The notes beneath the pieces are model-generated. The model saw nothing but the letters and a program-made list of their open reading frames with translations. It did no database searches and had not been told where the DNA came from. Shown in pieces: positions 1 to 8,376 of a DNA stretch of 64,000 nt (position 1 is its first letter; each line of letters starts with the position of its first letter). Location of the stretch: positions 768,001 through 832,000 of the forward strand of contig CBDCOH010000002.1 in the NCBI GenBank assembly GCA_965219685.1, read 5' to 3'. The translations under genes were made by a program, and so were the position numbers. Source of the stretch: Candidatus Spongiisociaceae bacterium (GTDB taxonomy: Bacteria > Actinomycetota > Acidimicrobiia > Spongiisociales > Spongiisociaceae).

Positions 1-2568
1 CGCGGCCCGGCGTTCGGCGGGCGCCGTGTCCCCCTCGTAGAGGTACGAGGCAACGAACTCGAACAGGAGGGATGAGGAGAAGGGGCTGGCGCTGGTCGTG
101 TCCACCTCGACCACCCTTACCTTGCGGGACCTGATGTCGCCGAGGAGGCTCTTGGACGCGGGGAGGTCGAACACGTCCTGGAGGATCTCCCGGTAGGTCT
201 CGAGCACGATGGGGAACGAGCCGAAGCGTGTCACTATGGCCATGAGATCGGAGGCTCTGCGGCGCTGGAGCCAGAGAGGCGTCCGGCCGCCCGGCCGGCG
301 GCGGGGGAGCAGCAGGGCGCGCGCAGCCGCTTCCCGGAACCGGGCGGCGAACACAGCCGTGCCTGCGAGTTCCTCTACCAGGATCGATTCGAGTTCCTCG
401 GGATCGATCAGCAGGTCCTCGAGAGAGGGCAGATCGTCGGTGTCGACGAACCGGAAGGAGATGCCGTCGTCGCTCCAGATCACGTCGAGGTTGCGACCGT
501 ATCGGTTGCGGAGACTCTGGCTGATCGCCATGGCCCAGGGAGCGTGAACGCGACCACCCATGGGGGAAAGGATGGCTATCCGCCAGTCGCCTATCTCGTC
601 CCTGAAACGTTCCACGACCACGGTCCGGTCGGTGGGGAGCACCCCGGTGGCATCCTTCTGTTCCGAGATGAAGGCAGCCAGGTTGGTCGCCGCCCACGAG
701 TCGAGATGATGCCGTTCCTGCAGCGTCCGGGCAGCCTCCTCCCCCTCGAGTGCGCCGACGACGCGGATGAACCGTCCGATGGCTTGGCCTGTTTCCAGAG
801 TCCGTCCCGGACCGTCTCCTCTCCAGAACGGCATCCGTGCGGAGGGTTCCGCCGGGGCCGGAATCACCTCAACCCGGTCGGCGGTGATGTTGCTGATTCG
901 CCAGGTGGAGGTACCGAGAATGAACACGTCGCCGGGACGGGACTCGTAGACCATCTCCTCGTCCAGTTCACCAACCCGGCTGCCGTCGGGAAGGTTCACC
1001 GTGTAGAGACCGCGGTCGGGAATCGTTCCCGGATTGGTAACCGCTAGCCGCTGGGCGCCCGACCGCGCCGAGAGGGAGTGTGTCACCCGATCCCAGACAA
1101 GGCGTGGTCTCAATTCACCGAACAGCTCCGACGGGTAGCGTCCCGCGAGCATGTCGAGTATCGAATCGAAAGGTCCCCGGCCGAGGTCGCGATACGGTCC
1201 CGCCCGGCGAACCAGCCGGAACAGGTCATCGACCTGCCAGTCGTCCATGGCGACGGCTGCCACGATCTGCTGGGCGAGGACATCGAGGGGGCTCTGCGGC
1301 ACGGTGGTGGGTTCGACCGCTCCGGACAGCATGAGCCCGGTGACCACGGTCGCCTCCAGTAGATCCCCCCGGAACTTCGGGAAGACCTTCGCCAGGCTCG
1401 TCGCGCCGACCTGATGGCCGGCCCGGCCCACCCTTTGGAGGCCGGAGGCGACGCTAGTGGGTGACTCGATGTGGATGACAAGGTCGACAGCGCCCATGTC
1501 GATGCCGAGTTCCAGTGTCGAAGTGGCGACGACGGCGGGGAGTTCCCCCAGTTTCAACTGGTCCTCGATCAACACGCGCTGCTCGCGGGATACAGAGCCG
1601 TGGTGTGCTCGGGCGATCTCGTCGCCCGCCAGATTGTTCAGTTCGGTACACAGCCGCTCTGCGAGCCGGCGGGAGTTGGCGAACACGATCGTCGATCGGT
1701 GGTCCCTGATCAGGTCGAGCACTCTCGGATATACCGAAGGCCAGATCGAGCGGTAGCCGGCGTCGGTGGGTTCCGAGTTGAGAGGGTCCGGTGGTGTCGG
1801 CGCCGCCATGTCCGCCACGGGCACCACGATCTCCACCTCGAGCCGCCGGTCGCTGACCACGTCGATGATCGTCACGGGCCGCGGGTTCCAGTTGGGTCCG
1901 TGGGCGACCCCGCCGCCTAGGAATTCGGCGATCACAGGTAGGGGCCGCTGGGTCGCGGACAGACCGATGCGCTGGGGAGCGATGTCGGCTACCTCTTCGA
2001 GCCGCTCGAGGGAGAGGGCCAGGTGGGAGCCGCGCTTGGTGGATGCAACCGCATGCACCTCGTCGACAATCACCCATCGGACCGGCGCAAGGATTCGCCG
2101 GGCCTGGCTCGTGAGTATCAGGTAGAGCGACTCCGGCGTGGTGATCAAGATGTCCGGGGGGTGACGTTGCATGCGCCGCCGCTCGGATGCCGGGGTGTCG
2201 CCGGTGCGGATGGCTGCGACGACTTCCGATAGAGGGGCCATCTGGTGGCGGGCGGCAGCATGGTGGATCCCTGTGAGCGGGGCCTTCAGGTTGCGTTCAA
2301 CATCGTGGGCTAGCGCTTTCATCGGCGATATGTACAGCACCCTGCAGCGATCGGCTCGCTTTGGGACGGGTTCGGTCAGCAACCGGTCGAGCGTATAGAG
2401 GAACGCCGCCAGGGTCTTTCCCGATCCCGTCGGTGCGTGGATGAGGGTGTGGGTCCCGGAGGCGATGGCCGGCCAACCCCTCGACTGTGCAGGGGTGGGT
2501 CCCGCGAACGACTCCTCGAACCAGGTGGCCGTGGCGAGAGAGAACAGGTCGGTCAAGTCGCTGAGCAT
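1..2568 (-). CDS. lhr: Lhr-family DEAD/DEAH-box helicase (runs off window start)
   Basis: Not in the ORF track because its stop lies outside the window. Minus strand from ATG 2568 reads MLSDLTDLFSLATATWFEESF...HTLIHAPTGSGKTLAAF (Walker A), IVDEVHAVASTKRGSHLALSLERL (DEVH), ATSTLELGIDMG. Confidence 0.92.
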   Translation of the reverse strand, partial: MLSDLTDLFSLATATWFEESFAGPTPAQSRGWPAIASGTHTLIHAPTGSGKTLAAFLYTLDRLLTEPVPKRADRCRVLYISPMKALAHDVERNLKAPLTGIHHAAARHQMAPLSEVVAAIRTGDTPASERRRMQRHPPDILITTPESLYLILTSQARRILAPVRWVIVDEVHAVASTKRGSHLALSLERLEEVADIAPQRIGLSATQRPLPVIAEFLGGGVAHGPNWNPRPVTIIDVVSDRRLEVEIVVPVADMAAPTPPDPLNSEPTDAGYRSIWPSVYPRVLDLIRDHRSTIVFANSRRLAERLCTELNNLAGDEIARAHHGSVSREQRVLIEDQLKLGELPAVVATSTLELGIDMGAVDLVIHIESPTSVASGLQRVGRAGHQVGATSLAKVFPKFRGDLLEATVVTGLMLSGAVEPTTVPQSPLDVLAQQIVAAVAMDDWQVDDLFRLVRRAGPYRDLGRGPFDSILDMLAGRYPSELFGELRPRLVWDRVTHSLSARSGAQRLAVTNPGTIPDRGLYTVNLPDGSRVGELDEEMVYESRPGDVFILGTSTWRISNITADRVEVIPAPAEPSARMPFWRGDGPGRTLETGQAIGRFIRVVGALEGEEAARTLQERHHLDSWAATNLAAFISEQKDATGVLPTDRTVVVERFRDEIGDWRIAILSPMGGRVHAPWAMAISQSLRNRYGRNLDVIWSDDGISFRFVDTDDLPSLEDLLIDPEELESILVEELAGTAVFAARFREAAARALLLPRRRPGGRTPLWLQRRRASDLMAIVTRFGSFPIVLETYREILQDVFDLPASKSLLGDIRSRKVRVVEVDTTSASPFSSSLLFEFVASYLYEGDTAPAERRAA

Positions 2569-2578
2569 CGTTGCATTG

Positions 2579-2600
2579 AGCGTATCGCGCGCCCGTGACA
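2579..2600 (-). promoter_or_regulatory. PafBC-type (RecA-NDp) DNA-damage promoter of lhr
   Basis: Minus strand reads TGTCAC-GGGCGCGCGA-TACGCT (TGTC..-N10-TAnnnT), about 10 nt before the lhr ATG. The same motif precedes recA and ssb. Confidence 0.75.
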
Positions 2601-2607
2601 AGGTGGC

Positions 2608-2790
2608 TGGTGAGTGGTGAGTGGTGAGTGGTGAATGGTGAGTGGTGAATGGTGAATGGTGAATGGTGAAAGGTGAATGGTGAATGGTGAATGGTGAATG
2701 GTGAATGGTGAATGGTGAATGGTGAATGGTGAATGGTGAATGGTGAATGGTAGTCCGTTGTCTGTTGACCGTTGTCCGTTGTCCGTTGGT
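2608..2790. repeat. Heptamer tandem array: about 20 x TGGTGA(A/G), then about 5 x CCGTTGT-like units
   Basis: Directly visible 7-bp period between the btpA-like gene and lhr. Confidence 0.97.
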
Positions 2791-2849
2791 CGAGCTAGGT
2801 CGTGTCACGATGAGACCAGGTGTGGTTGCCGTTCACCGGCAACCGGTTT

Positions 2850-3623
2850 CTAGCCGCGCGCGGCCGTGACTATCCGCGCGGCGCGAGCGGGGTCCACGGG
2901 GCGGTGGACATCCCCCCGCTCTTTGGTGGCTGTGCCGACGATGATGCCGTCTACCCGTCCTGCCAGTATCCCGATCTGCCGCTCGATGACCCCTGACCCC
3001 ACGAGCAGCCGTGCATCCGGGACCGCCGCCCTGACCCTGTCGACGAGTTCCGGATCGGTCGGGCGGCCGGTTGCCGGTCCCGACAGGATCAGCCCGTCGC
3101 ACATCGCCCGGTGCCACAGGTCCGCGGCGGCTTCTTCTATGCGCATCCCCGGCGGTGGGGTCGCGTGTTTCACGAAGACGTCTGCGAGAATCTCGATCTT
3201 GGGGTTGAGCGTGGCGCGCAGGCGGGCCATCTGCGCAGCTCGACCTTCGACCAAGCCCTGATCGGTGTACATCACTCCGGAGAGCACGTTGACCCTGACG
3301 AAATTGGCATCGCAGGCAGCGGCGATCGAAAGGGCGGCGACACTGTCGTTGCGGAGCACATTGACCCCGACCGGTACTCTCACCGCCGTCCGGGTGGCCG
3401 CCACCACGCGGGTCATGGATGCGACCGTGATGTCGGGGACGTCGTCGGCGAAGTAGGGAGCATCGCCGTAGTTCTCGACCAGGACCGCGTCGAAGCCTGC
3501 CCTCTCGAGAGTCGAGGCATCGTCCACGGCCCGGTCGACCACACGCGAGAGCGGGGGCTGGTAGCGAGGGGAGCCCGGGAGAGGTCCGATGTGGACCATT
3601 CCGATCAGTTGGAGGGAGGCCAT
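2850..3623 (-). CDS. BtpA/SgcQ family TIM-barrel protein
   Basis: GMVHIGPLPGSPRY, ENYGDAPY, GVNVLRND, ADVFVKHA motifs. Confidence 0.9.
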   Translation of the reverse strand: MASLQLIGMVHIGPLPGSPRYQPPLSRVVDRAVDDASTLERAGFDAVLVENYGDAPYFADDVPDITVASMTRVVAATRTAVRVPVGVNVLRNDSVAALSIAAACDANFVRVNVLSGVMYTDQGLVEGRAAQMARLRATLNPKIEILADVFVKHATPPPGMRIEEAAADLWHRAMCDGLILSGPATGRPTDPELVDRVRAAVPDARLLVGSGVIERQIGILAGRVDGIIVGTATKERGDVHRPVDPARAARIVTAARG

Positions 3624-4360
3624 CAGTAGGTGCGCATCACCTGCAAGGCTGTCTCGGCTACTTCGCCCTTGACGACCAGGTTCTCCACATCATCCGGGTG
3701 GAGGCGGTGCATCCCCACGCGGCATATCTCACCTGCGGGTCCCCGGATGATCTGGTCGGTGTCCTCGGGACCCGCGGTGTACTTCGCATACATGGGTCCT
3801 ATGCCCTCGATGCGGACCGGCTCCTCGTACTCGTAGCCGGCCTGTTCGAACGACCAGGGAAGGATCTTCTGGATAATCACGATTATGTGCCTCAGGCGAT
3901 CCGTGTCCTGCGCCTCCTCACCGACTGCGGCATGGATGTCGAGCCCGTGTGCCCATGTCTCGGCCAAACGTAGGGTGGCGAAGCTGCGCGCCGACATCTC
4001 GCTGAAGAACCAGGGCACCCGATCACGGGCCGAAGCGCGGCTTAGGGCGTCGACGACCTTCGCCCTTCCCAGGCGCCACCATTCGATCACGTCCTGGGGG
4101 CGCATATCGCGGCCGCGCTCGACGCCCGCCTCCGTGAAATCGTCAAACGTCTCGTAATCGTCGAGATCGTCGAGCATGGAGCCGTCCTCGGCGAGCGCGT
4201 TGTGCGCGTACTCCTCGGTGTGAGCGAGGTGGGAGATCGTGTCGCGGATGTCCCACTCTTCCGAAGGGGTGAGCGCGGTCCAGTTGCGCACCTTGACTCG
4301 CTGCAAGAACTGGTCGAGTTGCTGCTGCTCTGCTACCAGGTCGGAGAGTATCTCGCGCAC
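3623..4360 (-). CDS. Maleylpyruvate isomerase-like (MDMPI/DinB-fold) metal-binding protein
   Basis: GTG start MREILSDLVAEQ; WDIRDTISHLA and RLAETWAHGLDI motifs. The ORF-track 5' extension overlaps the LOG gene. Confidence 0.8.
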   Translation of the reverse strand: MREILSDLVAEQQQLDQFLQRVKVRNWTALTPSEEWDIRDTISHLAHTEEYAHNALAEDGSMLDDLDDYETFDDFTEAGVERGRDMRPQDVIEWWRLGRAKVVDALSRASARDRVPWFFSEMSARSFATLRLAETWAHGLDIHAAVGEEAQDTDRLRHIIVIIQKILPWSFEQAGYEYEEPVRIEGIGPMYAKYTAGPEDTDQIIRGPAGEICRVGMHRLHPDDVENLVVKGEVAETALQVMRTY

Positions 4361-4448
4361 CCGCACAAGTCTACTATGTCGCGCCGGCCCCGAAGTCGTG
4401 TCCTGCCGGGCCGCCCAGGCTTCCGCCGGTGGCCTTTCCGCTGGGAGG

Positions 4449-5507
4449 TCAGCGGGTGAGGGGTCGGGGTAGCGGGCCCTCGAAACCGGGCGTACTGTAG
4501 GCGAAGCCGTTGAGACGGTTGATGAGGTTTCGCAGGCGCCCGTTCTTGCGCCGGTCGAAAGCCAGGCCCACCCTCGTGCAATCCAGGGCATCGTCGTCCC
4601 GTATCTCGGCGGGGGCGGCAGGGACGATCTCGATCCTTCCCTCGGTCACGATGTCGATGAACTCCTCGTTGATTGCCTCGATTTGACCGTGGGTCGGCGA
4701 ATGCCGCAGCCGGAGGATCAGGCGCCCTTCCACGTACCTCTGTGAGTGGTAGTTCACGTAGAAGCGGCATATTTCATCCGCCGCCTCCTCGACCGAACCG
4801 GTGATCCGGTACAGGGAGGGGTCTTCGGGGCTGATCATCCCGTTGGCCAGCAGCCGCTCCTCCACGAACCTCCGCCACCCGGGCCAGTACGAGTGGCCGG
4901 ACTCCATGAGCACCACCGGCTGGACCGGCGCCTTTCCGGTCTGGATCAGGGTCAGTAACTCGAAGGCCTCGTCCATCGTTCCGAACCCGCCGGGGAAGAT
5001 GGCGAACGCGTGGGACTCCTTGACGAACCCGAGCTTGCGGGTGAAGAAGTACTTGAAGTTTATGAGGCGGCGTTCCGGAACGTAGGGGTTGGCATGGGCC
5101 TCGAACGGGAGCCGTATGTTGACGCCGAACGATCCTTCGCTGCCGGCCCCACGGTTGCCGGCCTCCATGATTCCACCACCCGCACCCGTGACCACCATCC
5201 ATCCTCGTCGGCGCCACATGTGGTCGGCGAAGCGCTGGGCGAGGCGGTAGTCGGCATGGTGCCGCGGTGTCCTGGCCGAACCGAAGATCGTGACCTTCGG
5301 GATGTTGCCGTAGGACCGGAACACGCGGGCGGAGTACCGCATCTCCTTCAGGGCGCTGTTGAAGAGTTTCAACTCTCCCCGGTCGGGTTTGTCGCGGTGC
5401 AGCTTGAGGGCGGTGGTCATCAACTCTGCGATCAGGTCCGCGTTGCCACCGTCCCCGGTCCGTCTGATCAACTCTTCGATTCCCCGGTCGAGGTCCCGGT
5501 CTCCCAT
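4449..5507 (-). CDS. LOG family nucleotide monophosphate nucleosidase (long type)
   Basis: VTIFGSART, TGAGGGIMEAGN, FKYFFTRK, PGGFGTMDE. Confidence 0.9.
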   Translation of the reverse strand: MGDRDLDRGIEELIRRTGDGGNADLIAELMTTALKLHRDKPDRGELKLFNSALKEMRYSARVFRSYGNIPKVTIFGSARTPRHHADYRLAQRFADHMWRRRGWMVVTGAGGGIMEAGNRGAGSEGSFGVNIRLPFEAHANPYVPERRLINFKYFFTRKLGFVKESHAFAIFPGGFGTMDEAFELLTLIQTGKAPVQPVVLMESGHSYWPGWRRFVEERLLANGMISPEDPSLYRITGSVEEAADEICRFYVNYHSQRYVEGRLILRLRHSPTHGQIEAINEEFIDIVTEGRIEIVPAAPAEIRDDDALDCTRVGLAFDRRKNGRLRNLINRLNGFAYSTPGFEGPLPRPLTR

Positions 5508-5647
5508 CGCGTATCCACCCATGTTCGTTAGGGTAACCGGGTGGCGCATTCAGTTGGTCGAGTGAGGAGATCCGAGCGGCAACCGGCGGCGAGCGCGGGC
5601 TACCGCGGAGACATCCCCGCCATCGACCCCGATCCCACCGCTGACCC

Positions 5648-6976
5648 ATGATCGATGCGACGCATCGTTTGGGAAGCCCGCGCACCGAGAGCCGGATCGG
5701 ACCCGGCCGGATGGGATCACGGGAGTACCGGCGGGCCGTGGCGAACAACCGGCATTCGGTCGGATTGCCCGCCGAGACCCGCGCTGAGATCGAAGCCGCG
5801 GGCATCGTCCTTCCTGACCCGGATGCGGTGAGGCGTTACCGGCTTCAACGGGTGCGGGATCGTCTCAGCGACCTTGACTATGCAGGGATTATCCTCTACG
5901 ACCCCGTACATATCCGCTACGCGTGCGATACGACCAACATGACCCTGTGGTCCGCGCACAACCCTTGCCGTTACCTCTGGGTGGGCGCGGAGGGGCCCAT
6001 GATTCTCTTCGACTTCTCGGAGACTGCCTTCCTCGCAGGCCATAACCCCTTGGTGGACGAGGTCCGGCCGGCTACCCAATGGATGTACGAGCTCTCGGGG
6101 ATCGAGATGGAATGCCGTCTCCGTAGATGGTCTTCGGAGTTGGCGTCCCTGGTGGGGGAATACGGGTCCGGCAACCGGCGGGTGGCCATTGACCGAGCCG
6201 GCCCAGGTGCCATCCATGCTCTGGACCGGCGGGGACTCCAACTCCGTAGCGGGGGCGAGGTCATGGAGGTGGCTCGCTCGGTGAAGAGCCCGGAGGAGGT
6301 GACGTTGATGCGAGCCGCGCTGGTGGCCGCCGAGAAGTCCCTGGAGGCGATGAGGGCTTCACTCAAGCCCGGCATGACCGAGTTGGATCTGTGGGCAGTG
6401 CTCCATTCGGAGAACATCCGCCGCGGAGGTGAGTGGATCGAGAACCGTTTCCTCTGTTCCGGTCCGCGTACCAACCCCTGGTTCCACGAGGCCGCCGGGC
6501 GGGTCATCGAAGACGGGGATCTGGTGGCGTTCGACACCGACCTGATAGGCATCTTCGGGATGTGCGTCGACATCTCGCGCACGTGGATCGCAGGCTCGCG
6601 GCGTCCCAATGCCAACCAGCAGGATGTCTTTGCCCGGGCCGAGGAGACGATCCGGCGCAACATCGAGATGGTTCGCCCTGGTGTCACGTTCCGAGAGCTC
6701 ACATTCGATTCCTGGTCTCCCGATGTCGACGAGTTCCACCAGTACTCGAACCAGTACCACGGCGTGGGTATGGCCGACGAATGGCCGATGATCGTGTTTC
6801 CTCACACCTGGGACGAGGCCGGTTATGACGGTGTGATCGAGCCCGGAATGGTGCTCTGTGTTGAGTCCTTCGTGGCCAGGCGGGGTTGGGGAGAGGGGGT
6901 CAAGCTGGAGGAACAGGTGCTGGTGACCGAGCACGGTCACGAGCTTCTGTCCGGCTATCCGATAGGCCTCCGATGA
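5648..6976 (+). CDS. M24B metallopeptidase-fold protein, DddP (DMSP lyase)-like, copy 1
   Basis: YDPVHIRYACDTTNMTLW, WAVLHSENIRRGGEWIE, SGPRTNPWF, FDTDLIG..G.CVDISRTW, HGVGMADEWP, PGMVLCVE, KLEEQVLVT: the motif series of Roseobacter DddP. Confidence 0.8.
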   Translation: MIDATHRLGSPRTESRIGPGRMGSREYRRAVANNRHSVGLPAETRAEIEAAGIVLPDPDAVRRYRLQRVRDRLSDLDYAGIILYDPVHIRYACDTTNMTLWSAHNPCRYLWVGAEGPMILFDFSETAFLAGHNPLVDEVRPATQWMYELSGIEMECRLRRWSSELASLVGEYGSGNRRVAIDRAGPGAIHALDRRGLQLRSGGEVMEVARSVKSPEEVTLMRAALVAAEKSLEAMRASLKPGMTELDLWAVLHSENIRRGGEWIENRFLCSGPRTNPWFHEAAGRVIEDGDLVAFDTDLIGIFGMCVDISRTWIAGSRRPNANQQDVFARAEETIRRNIEMVRPGVTFRELTFDSWSPDVDEFHQYSNQYHGVGMADEWPMIVFPHTWDEAGYDGVIEPGMVLCVESFVARRGWGEGVKLEEQVLVTEHGHELLSGYPIGLR

Positions 6977-7037
6977 CCGCAACTCTTGGGTTCGAAGGGA
7001 CGGCTATCTGCGTCGAGGCTGGCGACCGCGACCCCCG

Positions 7038-8363
7038 ATGACGGCCGGCCCGCACCGGACCGGACCGCGAGTTCGCAGCCGGATCGGCCCTGGCGGAGGC
7101 AGAAGTGCCGAGTACCGGCGGGCCGTGACCGACAACTGGCACTCCATCGGACTGCCCCCGGATGCACTCTCGGAGATCGAGGCCGCCGGGTTAGACCTTC
7201 CCGATATCGACGCCGTGCGCAGCTACCGGCTCGACCGGGTCCGGAGCCGGATACGAGAGCTCGACTACGCGGGGATCATCCTCTACGACCCGGTTCATAT
7301 CCGCTACGCGTCCGACACCACCAACATGTCGCTCTGGACCGCTCACAACCCCTGCCGGTATCTCTGGGTCGGCGCAGAGGGTCCCATGATCCTGTTCGAC
7401 TACGGGGCGGCCGCATACCTGGCCGGGCACGCCGATCTGGTCCACGAGGTGCGGCCCGCGACCCAGTGGATGTACGAGCTGTCCGGGATCGAGATGGACC
7501 GGAACCTGCGGCGATGGTCCTCGGAGTTGGCTGCCCTGGTAGCGGAGCACGGGGGCGGAAACCGCCGGGTGGCGATCGACCGGGCGAGTCCCGATGCCAT
7601 CCATGCCCTCGAGGGGCGCGGCCTCGAACTCCGCAACGGTGGGGAGGTCATGGAGGTGGCCAGGTCAGTCAAGAGCGCCGGAGAGATCGCGCTGATGAGG
7701 GCGGCGATCGCCGTCACCGATCACTCCCTCGACGCCATGCGTTCGGCACTCGAGCCGGGTATCACCGAGCTCGAGCTGTGGGCCGTGCTCCACTCCGAGA
7801 ACATCAGACGCGGCGGCGAGTGGCTCGAGACGCGCCTCCTGTCGTCCGGTCCGCGCACCAACCCCTGGTTCCAGGAGGCCGCCCCCCGGGTGATCGAGAA
7901 CGGTGACCTCGTAGCGTTCGACACCGACCTGATCGGCCCGTACGGGATGTGCGTGGACATCTCGAGAACATGGATAGCCGGTGACAGACCTCCGAACGCC
8001 AACCAACTCGATGTCTTCGGGCGGGCGGAGGAGATGATCCATCGGAACATGGCGATGCTCCGGCCCGGCGTCACCTTCCGCGAGCTGACATTCGACACCT
8101 TCGTGCCCGACATCGAGGAGTTCCACCACTACACGACCCAGTTCCACGGGGTCGGCATGGCCGATGAGTGGCCCATGATCGGGTTCCCCCACACGTGGGA
8201 CCAGTCCGGATGGGATGGTGTGGTGGAGGCCGGAATGGTACTTTGCGTCGAGACGTTCGTGGGTCGGCGGGGTTGGGGGGAGGGCGTCAAGCTGGAGCAA
8301 CAGGTGCTGGTGACGGATAGCGGCGCCGAACTCCTTTCCGGCTACCCTCTCGACCTGCGATGA
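7038..8363 (+). CDS. M24B metallopeptidase-fold protein, DddP-like, copy 2 (tandem paralog)
   Basis: Same motifs (GGEWLETRLLSSGPRTNPWFQE, DTDLIGPYGMCVDISRTW, HGVGMADEWP); colinear with copy 1 over the full length. Confidence 0.82.
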   Translation: MTAGPHRTGPRVRSRIGPGGGRSAEYRRAVTDNWHSIGLPPDALSEIEAAGLDLPDIDAVRSYRLDRVRSRIRELDYAGIILYDPVHIRYASDTTNMSLWTAHNPCRYLWVGAEGPMILFDYGAAAYLAGHADLVHEVRPATQWMYELSGIEMDRNLRRWSSELAALVAEHGGGNRRVAIDRASPDAIHALEGRGLELRNGGEVMEVARSVKSAGEIALMRAAIAVTDHSLDAMRSALEPGITELELWAVLHSENIRRGGEWLETRLLSSGPRTNPWFQEAAPRVIENGDLVAFDTDLIGPYGMCVDISRTWIAGDRPPNANQLDVFGRAEEMIHRNMAMLRPGVTFRELTFDTFVPDIEEFHHYTTQFHGVGMADEWPMIGFPHTWDQSGWDGVVEAGMVLCVETFVGRRGWGEGVKLEQQVLVTDSGAELLSGYPLDLR

Positions 8364-8376
8364 CGTACCCGGCGCG

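Noticed and set aside
209-2398. Many plus-strand ORFs
   Set aside because: Shadow ORFs antisense to lhr, as expected in high-GC DNA.
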